From positions 789,628 through 809,627 of the forward strand of contig OZ237766.1 of assembly GCA_965178125.1 (NCBI GenBank): a stretch of DNA of 20,000 bases, in the 5' to 3' direction. Position 1 is the stretch's first letter. Every line of letters starts with the position of its first letter. Below are positions 11,101 through 20,000 of the stretch, one piece after another. The DNA comes from Bilabrum cf. latius (Eukaryota). The notes beneath the pieces are model-generated. The model had not been told where the DNA came from and ran no database searches. It saw only the letters and a program-made list of their open reading frames with translations. Position numbers and translations under genes: made by a program.

Positions 11101-11240
11101 CGGACACGACCAAGATGGCGAGGCTGGTGGGATACCGCCCTGAGGTGAGCTTGTAGGAGGGCATCCGGCGCTTCTGTGAGTGGTTTAAGTCGGACGAGGC
11201 CAAGGCAGTGAGGCGCAAAGCAGCGGTGGCTCTTGGCTGA
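8169..11240 (+). CDS. Triple fusion of signal anchor + GT8 + TupA-like ATP-grasp + UDP-glucuronate 4-epimerase-like SDR, about 1023 aa with TAG read as sense
   Basis: One frame from ATG 8169 through TAGs at 8490, 8538, 9981 and 11154 to TGA 11238-11240. GT8: IAYLDSDVLVLGDVREL, GNAGIMVVDL, LGSQPP, HFAGPDRPW. TupA-like: FIDRAAQKHYV, LKIWC, FSFVRVDL. Epimerase: LVTGAAGFIG, HLAAQPGVR, YASSSSVYG, YAASK, LRFFTVYGPRGRTDMA, RDFTYVGDIV, SL*EGIRRFCEWF. The exact start is uncertain. Confidence 0.9.
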
Positions 11241-11430
11241 ACACATGGAATGAAGTGCTCACCTCAGGATCCGATACTGATCTCGGTTGGGATTAAATCA
11301 ATTTTGGAATTGACATGACTTCGTGGTATCAATACTGTTGGGTCTAAGGTTAGCTAACCGTGGCCAGGTGGTACAGCGGGGGGATTAGCAAGCGTGCGGA
11401 AGGGCTCGAGGTTGTTGGGTTGGACGATGG

Positions 11431-11451
11431 TCTAGACTCTAGACTCTAGAC
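11431..11451. repeat. Tandem repeat (TCTAGAC)x3 between convergent gene ends
   Basis: tctagac-tctagac-tctagac read directly from the sequence. Confidence 0.9.
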
Positions 11452-11723
11452 GTCATGATTGTACAACTAGTGGGTGCGTAAACTGTAAGTTTTGCTACTC
11501 TAGATCGTTGGTTCACCATGAGTCGGCTGCCTAGGCTCGGGCATGCACGGCCTGCACTCGTACTTGGTCGATCCTGCACTGTTGCATTACCCGCAAGCCC
11601 AAGAACGGCACTGCTGTTGCCACAAGTATGTGTGGTCTAGGCTAGCCGTTCATCGAGACCTCACAAGAGCACTCCATGGCACGCGGAATCCGGTTGAACC
11701 CCTCTCTCTGCCCCAGAGGAGGC

Positions 11724-13508
11724 TCAAAGTGGATCTACATGTGCCCTACCTTGCGACTTAACAGTGCCTTGCTCCACATAATTCTTGGTGATCGCAGCCC
11801 TGAGTATATCCACGGCAGAGGGACCCGTGAAGTCCGCTCGATACAATGCGTCTGTAGGCCCACGAGCCACGCCGTAGAAATTGAGCATCTCGGCAATCGC
11901 TCGCACTCCCTCCATCATCTCTCGCACCTTGCTGTCGGGAATCGCGCGCAGAATCGGAAGCAGCTTGCCTTGGCGAAACATCGCGTAATTGACACGCACG
12001 CTGGCCAGGTGCCAAGGGATGAATTCTCGAAACGGCATCTCCACATTGTCTTGCACGACGGCAGGGACACATCCAGATACCAGCATGTCTACCAGCCGGT
12101 GACTCCACAAGTTCGGATGCCACCCGGGGAGGTACAGACAAAACTTGGACCGCTTCAGCAAGTCCATGTATCCAGATACTCTGCCGTTTACGTAAACGAC
12201 ACCATCCGTCTCCTCGTTCATGTGCCCGTACAGCCGAAGGCCTGACTGACGCACTCCCTGCGAGTACGATGAGGACTCATGTTTCGGATATAGTACAGAG
12301 CCCACGAAGGTCATCGTGACGGGCCGGTTCTACAGGGGGGGCCATCGGTGCGTGGACTTCAATGCGTACCTCCCTATCGTGCCCACATCTTTATGCGCCC
12401 GGAACCCTAACCCTAGAGGGTAGCTTGGTGCAACGGTGGCAAAGATTGCGCCATGAAGACCAAAGACGTGCTGCATCCACGTCCTGCACGTCTTGAGATC
12501 TCGCCACGCCCACTTTGCGTGATCGATGGCCCACTCCCTCCAATCCATACCGGATGACGCGAGATGCTTCGCGGTAAGGTTCCAGCCAGCGCCTGCCTTC
12601 GGTGTCTGTGGAATATCTGTTTGCATGCCGAGCAAGACTTCGTTGAGGCTCCTCCCTCCCCCAGTGACTATGATGAAGTCTGCGCCGCCAGATTGCTCCC
12701 ACCGGCGTGCGAGATATGGACGCCGCAAGACACGGCGAACCACATGAGCCATGGTGTCTGCACACACACGGGTCTTGATCGACGGGGACATGGGTACCTC
12801 GGCTGTCCTCTCGATCTTCAGGGCCGCAAGGGCGATCGACTGCGTGTGCAGAGGCAGCACAATCAGGTCGGCCTGCTCCGGGCCCGCAGCCCACCCTGTG
12901 GTAGCAAGTGCACTGCTCGAAGTCTTCGTCGCAACTGACGATCTCAGAGCGGCCGCTTGCTGCCGCTGGAGGGCATCAAGTATTGCCCACTCGGATGCAA
13001 ACCCTGCCTCTGCCGTTATGGACGTTCGGAAGTCCTTTGGTAGCATACCGATACCAGATAAGCCTTTGGGATCTCGTAGATCCGCAAAACCGGCTGCTGC
13101 AAAATAGCCGGATTGATCAAGCGGGCTTGTGCCCCACTTCTTGCAATTATCCTTCGTAGGCTTCGTGCGCATACATGTAGTAGGGCACATGCGGGATTCT
13201 TCTCTTATTTCTTCCCCAAGCACGAAAAACTGCAGCTGCCCACCGGCTTCAGTCGCAGCAGCGTTCAGCCGCTGCTGCACTACACGTACGACTTTGTCGT
13301 AGGGCTGTTCTCCCCGCACCTGCATCGGTGCTTGTGTTGAGACTACTGTTTCTTTTTGCCGAATTAATTGCTACCCATTTGGGCTACTGGCACCGCGCGA
13401 TGGGATATAGGCAGCCATAAGCAGCGCAAGTGCTGCCACTACTGCTACTACTGCAAGAAGAAATAAGGCTAGACGGGAGCGATTTTTCATCTTGGCTCTA
13501 GCAGGCAT
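11724..13508 (-). CDS. Exostosin-family (GT47) type II membrane glycosyltransferase, 594 aa with TAG read as sense
   Basis: ATG 13508 (MPARAKMKNRSRLALFLLAVVAVVAALALLMAAY, TM), in frame through TAGs at 13371 and 12330 to TGA 11724-11726. Motifs EQADLIVLP, RWEQSGGADF, FRAHKDV, RSKFCLYLPG, SHRLVDMLVSGCVPAVVQDNVEMPF. Confidence 0.9.
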
Positions 13509-13739
13509 TTTGTTTATTATTTATTCCTGATTGCGGCTCTCTTCTCTTCCAACTATGCACAAGATTGTGGCAAGGTACCTGATTCGCGTCCATTCGTAAA
13601 TGATAATCACACACAACAAAACCTTCAACTTTCGGCGCCGGTATCCGTCTAAAACTTGCGCTACTCCCGAGTCCGCCATATTGACTATATTCCTGGGCGC
13701 TTTGTCAGCATCCTGCCCCTGCTGAAGTCCATTGGAAGT

Positions 13740-14679
13740 GGCAGTGGACCAAGTGCTACTTCAGTGCCAGACCTGCTCTGATCCGGATCGATCGGTGACA
13801 AGAGGGAAAGGACCTAAGCCCACCACTCATAGGTCTGGAGATGGGAGCGGGTGGCGGGCTGGGTAGCGGGAGTGGAGAGCTGTCGTCGCGTGCCGGGGGT
13901 CGCAGCCTGGCGCAAGCGATGCCAGTGGTCGCAAGCAGCAGAGTGTCAGGCACAATGGGCGTGCCTGCCACGTTGGAGGTCACACAGAGTCAGGAGCTGC
14001 ATCTGAATCGTTGGCTGCAACTAGCTGCCGCCGTGATGCTTCGCGCTGTTGCTGCCATGGTGCTCGGGGGGCCAGCTAGCAGTTCTGAGCGCGATCCGAG
14101 CTCACGAGGCACAGAGCGCATGCCGGCGATCGGCGGCGGCGATGGGATATATCATGAAACGCTCCATAAAGTCGTTTGTGGCGGCACATCGCCGTCTCCC
14201 CGAATCCTGGATCGCTCTCGCGGTCGGCTTGCGCTGCGGTAATGTGGAGGGAGGGAGGGCGAGCAGGCCGCTTGGAGTCCTCACTCCCCAATCGAGCCGG
14301 CAGTACACGCATGCAATCGAATTTATTTCTTAATTGGTTCCATTCAAAGCGCTGTTGCATCTGCGATAGGAGCTAACTGGAGTGCTGACGCGTTGTGCCT
14401 CGAGGCTGGTGGCGTTGCAAGCTGCTGTTGGCCCGCTCATTCGACTCACCGATGCTATGTCGCCTATCTCATCATGAAATTGCATGTTTCATACTCAATC
14501 AAGTAGTATTTCGTGGAATCACTGCTGCGGGCATTGAGCTTGCAATTGGAGGTGACAGTATTCGCGCGCCTACGCCCGCAAGGCCCCTAACTAATACCCC
14601 GCCCGGACGCCTTTTAGTATTACTATTTATGTTAGTATGGACAGTGGGGCTGGACGATTTGTCTTTGCTTCTGCTGAGT
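13740..14679. repeat. Long copy of the dispersed repeat seen at 381-497, with about 850 nt between the conserved ends
   Basis: 13740-13783 matches 381-424 and 14638-14679 matches 456-497. The interior is unassigned. Confidence 0.7.
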
Positions 14680-14940
14680 ATAAGATCGATGGCGACAAAA
14701 CCAAGGATGCCAGCGCGGGGGTGAACCGGTGGGAAATCAAATTTACTACAAACATCAGGTCAAATACTAAGACTAAACACGGCGATGCATGCAGTAGAGG
14801 TGGATCCGGGGGCCCTCAGCTCCGGCTGGGAGGGGCGCGGGTTGGCGGGAGAGCCCGACTGAAATAGACTAGTCTACCTTACGGTTGGCAGGCAATGGCT
14901 CTAAGGGTAATTCCGGACCCGCTTTGCCGCGACCCCCTAC

Positions 14941-16884
14941 TCACTATGCTCGGGGGCACAGCGCGATGCCGGCTGGATCTACCTTGAACTACACCTCTGG
15001 ATGCACGAGCACGATGGCTGCCCGCACGTACTTCCACACCTTTCGGAGGCCCTGCCGCGCCATGGTAGCTCGTTTCTCATAGCGGTCACCCGACTCCCGC
15101 CCCTCCTGCCACTCGTTCTACTAGTTTTGCTAGGGCCCCCTCAACCCTGTGCCAGCGAAGTGCCGCAACTCATCCTACCCCAGCATACGAAAGGGCAGCA
15201 GCTCCTCCAGTCCCTGCCCTCCAACCTGTCGGCACGCCACGAACGGCTCACGCCCATTGATACTTATCTCTCGGCTTGCATGTTTGGTTGGCAACATCAG
15301 CGAAGCACGCGTGGCCACCCCTTGCCCACTCTCCTTGTATTCGGGAGCAGCGCTAATCCTCTCGATGGCCCTGCATGTCTCGTTCGAAGGGCCACTCACT
15401 GACCGCAAGCACGCCTACACAGCATCCTCGTACACTTCCTTGGAATCAGTAACCGCCATCACATGCAGCGCCGTCCACGGCCAGGGTGCTTCCAGCTGTC
15501 GCTCGGCACTCCTCAGAGCCATAAGGAATGCCTCGCCATCTCCTCTCAGCAGCACCATCACAAGCACCACGGGCTACCTCCTCCAATCGAAGGGGACCGA
15601 CTGCCGCGACACAACTCCTGCTGCGGCTGCAGGCACTCGGGTCCCAGTCGCTGGGTCCCACGTCCAGTACACGCTGGATGCCACCCTAGGTGCAGGCGTG
15701 CTGCCCGAACCCACGAAGCAAGCCTCGTGGTACAGCACGCTCAGGTCGTAGTAGCGCTGCGCTGCCCACCACCTCCGCTTCCCCACCAGACGCATGTTTT
15801 CCACACTAGCCCTCCACGCCTTGTGCGAGGGTCCCTTGAAATGCATAAGCTTCGGGGCCTGATCGACACCATACACTAACCCCGCCATGTTCCAACCCGT
15901 GTTCCACGTTTGCGGGATGCGGGCCCGCCTGCCCAGCAGCGCCAGGTTCGTGGGCGGCTGCGTGCCCAGTGTCCACATCTTGCCCCCCTGGTTCCTGTCC
16001 ATCCACGTCTTGGCCTCATCGCCGATGCCCTGCTGCACCCATTTTTGCGTATCGATGACCATAATCCCAGCATTGCCCAGCCACTCTTTCTCGAGGCGTG
16101 ACACGGACATGCCCCAGCTCTGCAGGGACTCCTTGACACGCCGGTTCTTGCAGTCCAAAGCGGCCAGCGCGAAGCACATCGTGGGCCACTTGGTGCCCCG
16201 ATGGCCAGGCCTGGGGCACATGGCAGCCGGCTGGCCCTCTAGCTCCATCCAGACGAGCTCATGCACGTCCCCGATCACAGCGATATCAGGGTCCAAGAAC
16301 GCAATCCTGCGGGCATGAGCGGCCATGGCGTTGATCGCATCAAACCTTGCTGCGTTGAAAGGAGACTTGATTCGCTCCGCAGCCGAACCCACCACGGTTT
16401 CACGGTCCGTGCTGATGCCATCTAGGAAGTGCAAGTGTACGTCGCAGCAAAAAGCGCCAGGCTTGGGTGGATTGCAAGCTGGGCCTTGCAAGCCTAGCCC
16501 ATCTAGGCACCGGGTGCAAGCTCTTCGGACAATATCGTTTGCGCGAGGAGACACGACCAAATGGAAATGGATGAGTGAGGGGTCAGCGGCAGACTGCAGG
16601 ATGGAGCGGGCGGCCACTGCGAATCCTGGCGCATCGGCCTCATCAAACGACATCAGGATATCTACCTACTCTCGAGGTTTTGGTGCTACCTCCAGCCCAA
16701 GTCCGGGTGGCATTGGAGATTTGATAGCCTCTGTAACCCCAGCGCGGTGAGATATTGACAAGGCTATCGTAATGGTAGCCGTGACCAGCACCAAAAGAGC
16801 TATCAAGACGCGGTGCTGGACGAAAACTGCAACCCACCGCGACCTTGCCTGTGGTGACCGCCGCTTGCTAGAGCTTTCCATCAT
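14941..16884 (-). CDS. Glycosyltransferase family 8 type II membrane protein, paralogue of 2146-4056, 647 aa with TAG read as sense
   Basis: ATG 16884 and TM VLIALLVLVTATITIALSI. One frame through TAGs at 16666, 15574, 15415, 15175, 15130, 15121, 15118, 14989 and 14944 to TGA 14941-14943. Motifs IAFLDPDIAVIGDVHEL, GNAGIMVID, LGTQPP, HFKGPSHKAW, and WAAQRYYDLSVLYH (identical in the paralogue). Confidence 0.9.
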
Positions 16885-17690
16885 CAAAAAGCCAAAATAT
16901 GCCTGTGGAATCCCGTGGAACTACACTGCCGCTGCACGTATTGTGGCGACGAGATGCTTCCAACCGCTGCGACGCCGCCTCCACTGCTTGGCCGACCAAA
17001 GCTTTGCAAGCCCAGCACCTCGTAATGAAAGGTTGTTATTCTAAACCGTGTCGGGAAGAAGTAGTTGAGCGCGGGAATCCAAACAGGGAACTCCGAGATA
17101 ATCATTCCTACTTTGCAGCATAGTAACGTGTGGTTTTGTATATCAGACGCATACTGCCACAAGCATGCTCAGCCCAAAGCTAGGGAGGACTTCGCCAAAC
17201 CGGCGGACAATCCGTTTATTCAACTAGCTATTATTGCTCATGCGTTTTTGATCCAGCCATGGCTTCAGTCTCGGCCGCGGCCATACGCTCTAAGATGCTG
17301 CGAGTACTTGCGAGAACCGCACCTGATGCGTCTTGCTTGCGGATACCTCGAACTGCGCGACAGTTCTCGCCACCGCACTTACGTCGGAAACCCCGATTAT
17401 GTTGCTACAACAGGCTTTGCACATTTTGGCTGGATCGGATGGCCAGGGCTTGGCGCGCTCTCGATCCACCTCCGTTTGTTGCCGATTGCAAGCCAAGCTG
17501 AAGTGGTTGCAACTTCAAAATTAGCAATTCTGTGGCATGTTGCGTGCTATTTTGAGCGCTGAATGACATCGAATTGGTCCCCGCTGCACAGGAGCGGAAC
17601 GACCGTGAGCTGGGTCGGGCTCAATAAAGTACTGCTTCATTTTTAGGTACTGCTCGAGTGCAGCTCCTGGTTATATCAATTTAGCTCGCA

Positions 17691-19007
17691 ATGCCGTCGC
17701 CCGCCCTTCCGCGGCCGCTGCTGAAATCTACTTCCCGTCAGGTGATCGTTATCAGCGTCTTGGTTCTTGCTATTGTCACGCTCCCGTTGGTGATTCCATC
17801 ACTAGCAGGGTTTCGTGTGAACCGGGGCTCGCAGTACGCTGTGCAAGTACCGACAGAGCCGCCAAGCGCTTCCGTTGATTCGCCTGTCTCGTCGGGCTAG
17901 GGAGCACAGAACCTCGAAGGTCCAAAACCTCCATTACAGTTAAAGCGGGACGGAAAATGGAGAGGCGACATGTCGGTGCGGGATGAAGGAATCACAGTGG
18001 TCCTGTTGAACTTTAAGCGTCCCGAGCATCTCAAGAAGATCGTACGGGCTTACCTCGAGATGCCAGAGGAATTCATCCGCGATGTTTACGTGTTCAACAA
18101 TGACGATATTGATTTCCGGGATATGTTCGACCCCTTGCAGGGAGGGAGCTCTCGGGTGAGGGTAGTGGACGCCCACGCCAACCTTGGCATCGGGAATTCA
18201 CGATTCTTTGCTGGGACCCTGGCGCGGACTAGGGCCGTCCTGACGCAAGATGATGACTTGCTCTTGACTAGGTAGGGAGTGGAGCGTTTGTACGAGCATT
18301 GGAAGCGGGAACCGGACCGCATCCATGGCGCCTACAGCCGAGGCCCAACTCTGAATCGTAAGGCTGGGAGCAGCAAAAGGGGCGCATCCGTGCTCTCGAC
18401 CGACGACGCCTCCCCCGTCGAGGAGCGCATGGCCCGGAAGGTGCGGTACGAGATGTACAACCACCATCTTACGGAGGGGCAGTATCGAAGGCAGAAGCAG
18501 CGGGTAGAGCAGCTGCACAGCCAGGCAAACGGCGCAAACAGTGTGTGGGTCAGCGGGTCCGCCTGGAACGCGCCCTCGATGCCTCTCCGGTACGATGGCA
18601 TGACAGAGGAGGAGGATCTCGCCTCTGCCTGCCCCATCCTAATCACGAGGGTGGTCATGTTTGACCGAGCGAGGGCCTACCAGTACTTCCGCTGGGTCTT
18701 GGAGATGCAGGACACGGTGCCACAATAGAAGCCCTTTGGTCACGGGGAGGACCTATTGCTGAGCCTCCTGTCGATCCGCGAATCGGGGGGCAAGCTGAAC
18801 CGCGCTTGGAGGGACGTCTCCAGTGAAATCTCGGAGCTGCCGCAGATGAAGGTTGGCGTGTCTACTGTGAACAGCGACCACCTTGACTTCCGAACCATGT
18901 TCCTGCAGCTGGCGTGCGACAGGTTAGATTTGCCGTGCTGGGACTGGATCATGCTGGACATACCTACCGCGAGGAAGAAGCCCAAGCCCACCACTCAAGG
19001 CTAGTGA
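17691..19007 (+). CDS. GT64-like (EXTL2/EPC1-type) GT-A glycosyltransferase, type II membrane, 438 aa with TAG read as sense
   Basis: ORFs 17691..17900, 17970..18275, 18279..18728 and 18756..19004 share one frame, separated only by TAGs (17898, 18273, 18726, 19002), ending at TGA 19005-19007. TM VIVISVLVLAIVTLPLVI. Motifs ITVVLLNFKR, VYVFNN, NSRFF, RTRAVLTQDDDLLL, WKREPDRIHG, GEDLLLS. Confidence 0.85.
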
Positions 19008-19093
19008 TTAGAACCTCCTGACGGCAGACTGGGAGGTGTTACGTTGGGAGCTTTCTGTCACGTATGACATCGTGACTTCCATGAAAGCTTCTT

Positions 19094-20000
19094 TTACAGA
19101 CTCAACCACCCAAATACAACCAGAAATGGCATCGAACACAGAGCCGTCGCCATGTGCCTGAATCCACCGATGGATTTGTCCATCAGCGGAGACACACAAC
19201 GAATTCTCCATATCTTACCGTATCTTCCATCCAGGGTGGTCGCAGTGGGTGGTCTCGTTGAAGCAACGCAAAGTATCTCCAAGTTAGTTGGGATTAGCTG
19301 GACGCCCGTGCTTGAGAGCGCGGCCTGTGGGGCTCGCTGCAGCTCAAGGTGCCTCCAACCAATATCGATCGCGGGCAGCCCGTCGGCCTCCTGCCGAATG
19401 TAGGTGTTCATGCTCTTTGTGGATGACCACCGTCCAAGACGCTGCGCAATGCCGTGCTCGATGCCCAGCCGCACCATCGTGGTGGTGCTGGTGATGCGGA
19501 AGCTGTGCCCATGCAACCACTCGCGTCATCATGGCGGCTTGCACAGCGCCGCACCAGCCGTACCATGTGCCGCATCTTGCGGCGACCGTACAATGCGATC
19601 TCCGGGAACTACAACACCTGACTGTCGTGACAGGCGTGGTGCAGGTCGCGTGGTGAGGTAACTGGGATACCTGCTGCGGTCAACGTCGTCACGACGTGCC
19701 GGACAAGAAGGTGGACGGGGCAGCATGTGCTACCCTGGACACCATATGTATTCACCGACACGGGGAATCGAGCTGTAATTGCCACCGTGGCAGGCCCACC
19801 CGCCTTGGTGAACCGCAGGTGCAGGGAGCAGCTGATCACCTTGTTGTCCTCGATTGCCCAGGATACATGCCTGGGGCGGTGCGGGGCAGAGGCAGCCCGG
19901 GCCTCTCCCGTTGCCTCACCCAGGGGCATAGTGCCCCCAAACGCCAGTGCACCAGCCAACTAGGCTGCACTTTCGCCGGGGGGTGGATGGCTGGAACTCG
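19094..20000 (-). mobile_element. Decayed tyrosine recombinase of a DIRS/Ngaro- or Crypton-like transposable element, running off the window edge
   Basis: Motifs in the expected order: ALAFGGTMPLGEA (R-box, with Pro in place of Arg), LHLRFTK, CCPV, GHSFR, LGRWSS...YIR. A frameshift near 19520-19530 separates the CPV-containing and HSFR-containing frames. Confidence 0.8.

Noticed and set aside
13841-14242. 133-aa ORF inside the long repeat copy
   Set aside because: Low-complexity G/A/S-rich sequence with no recognisable domain. It cannot be supported as a gene.
2146-19007. A cluster of pseudogenes with nonsense mutations
   Set aside because: All 32 interruptions in six genes are TAG, with no TAA, TGA or frameshifts, and key motifs are preserved. 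Random decay would give mixed lesions.
2146-19007. TAG as Trp via A-to-I editing, as pyrrolysine, or as Leu/Tyr
   Set aside because: Aligned residues are Q, E, R and T in polar contexts, not W, L or Y. Pyrrolysine is prokaryotic and sparse. U-to-C editing cannot be excluded without RNA data, but would be expected to repair TAA and TGA codons too.
2146-19007. Tiny in-frame introns hiding the TAGs
   Set aside because: Paralogue alignments run without gaps across TAG sites (e.g. MW*LGTQPP vs MWTLGTQPP), and there are no consistent GT donors upstream.
1-20000. Recoded (table 15) bacteriophage or a bacterial capsule operon
   Set aside because: Mixed gene orientation, kb-scale intergenic gaps, type II anchors, GT47/GT64 families and a DIRS-like recombinase point to a eukaryotic genome. 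No phage genes were seen.

Overview
Eukaryotic-looking, GC-rich, essentially intronless DNA carrying a dense cluster of type II (signal-anchor) glycan-biosynthesis genes. From left to right: a glycosyltransferase-like 3' end, a frame-broken SAM methyltransferase, a GT8 gene, a GT8-like/TupA ATP-grasp fusion, a GT8 + TupA-like + UDP-glucuronate 4-epimerase triple fusion, a GT47 exostosin, a second GT8 paralogue, a GT64-like gene, and a decayed DIRS-type tyrosine recombinase at the right edge. The main result is that the ORF track is fragmented because every gene contains in-frame TAG codons. I count 32 in the six complete genes, with no internal TAA or TGA, and the genes end in TGA or TAA. The best reading is a non-canonical nuclear code with UAG = sense (most likely Gln) while UAA and UGA remain stops. 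All family assignments come from motif recognition by eye, not database searches.
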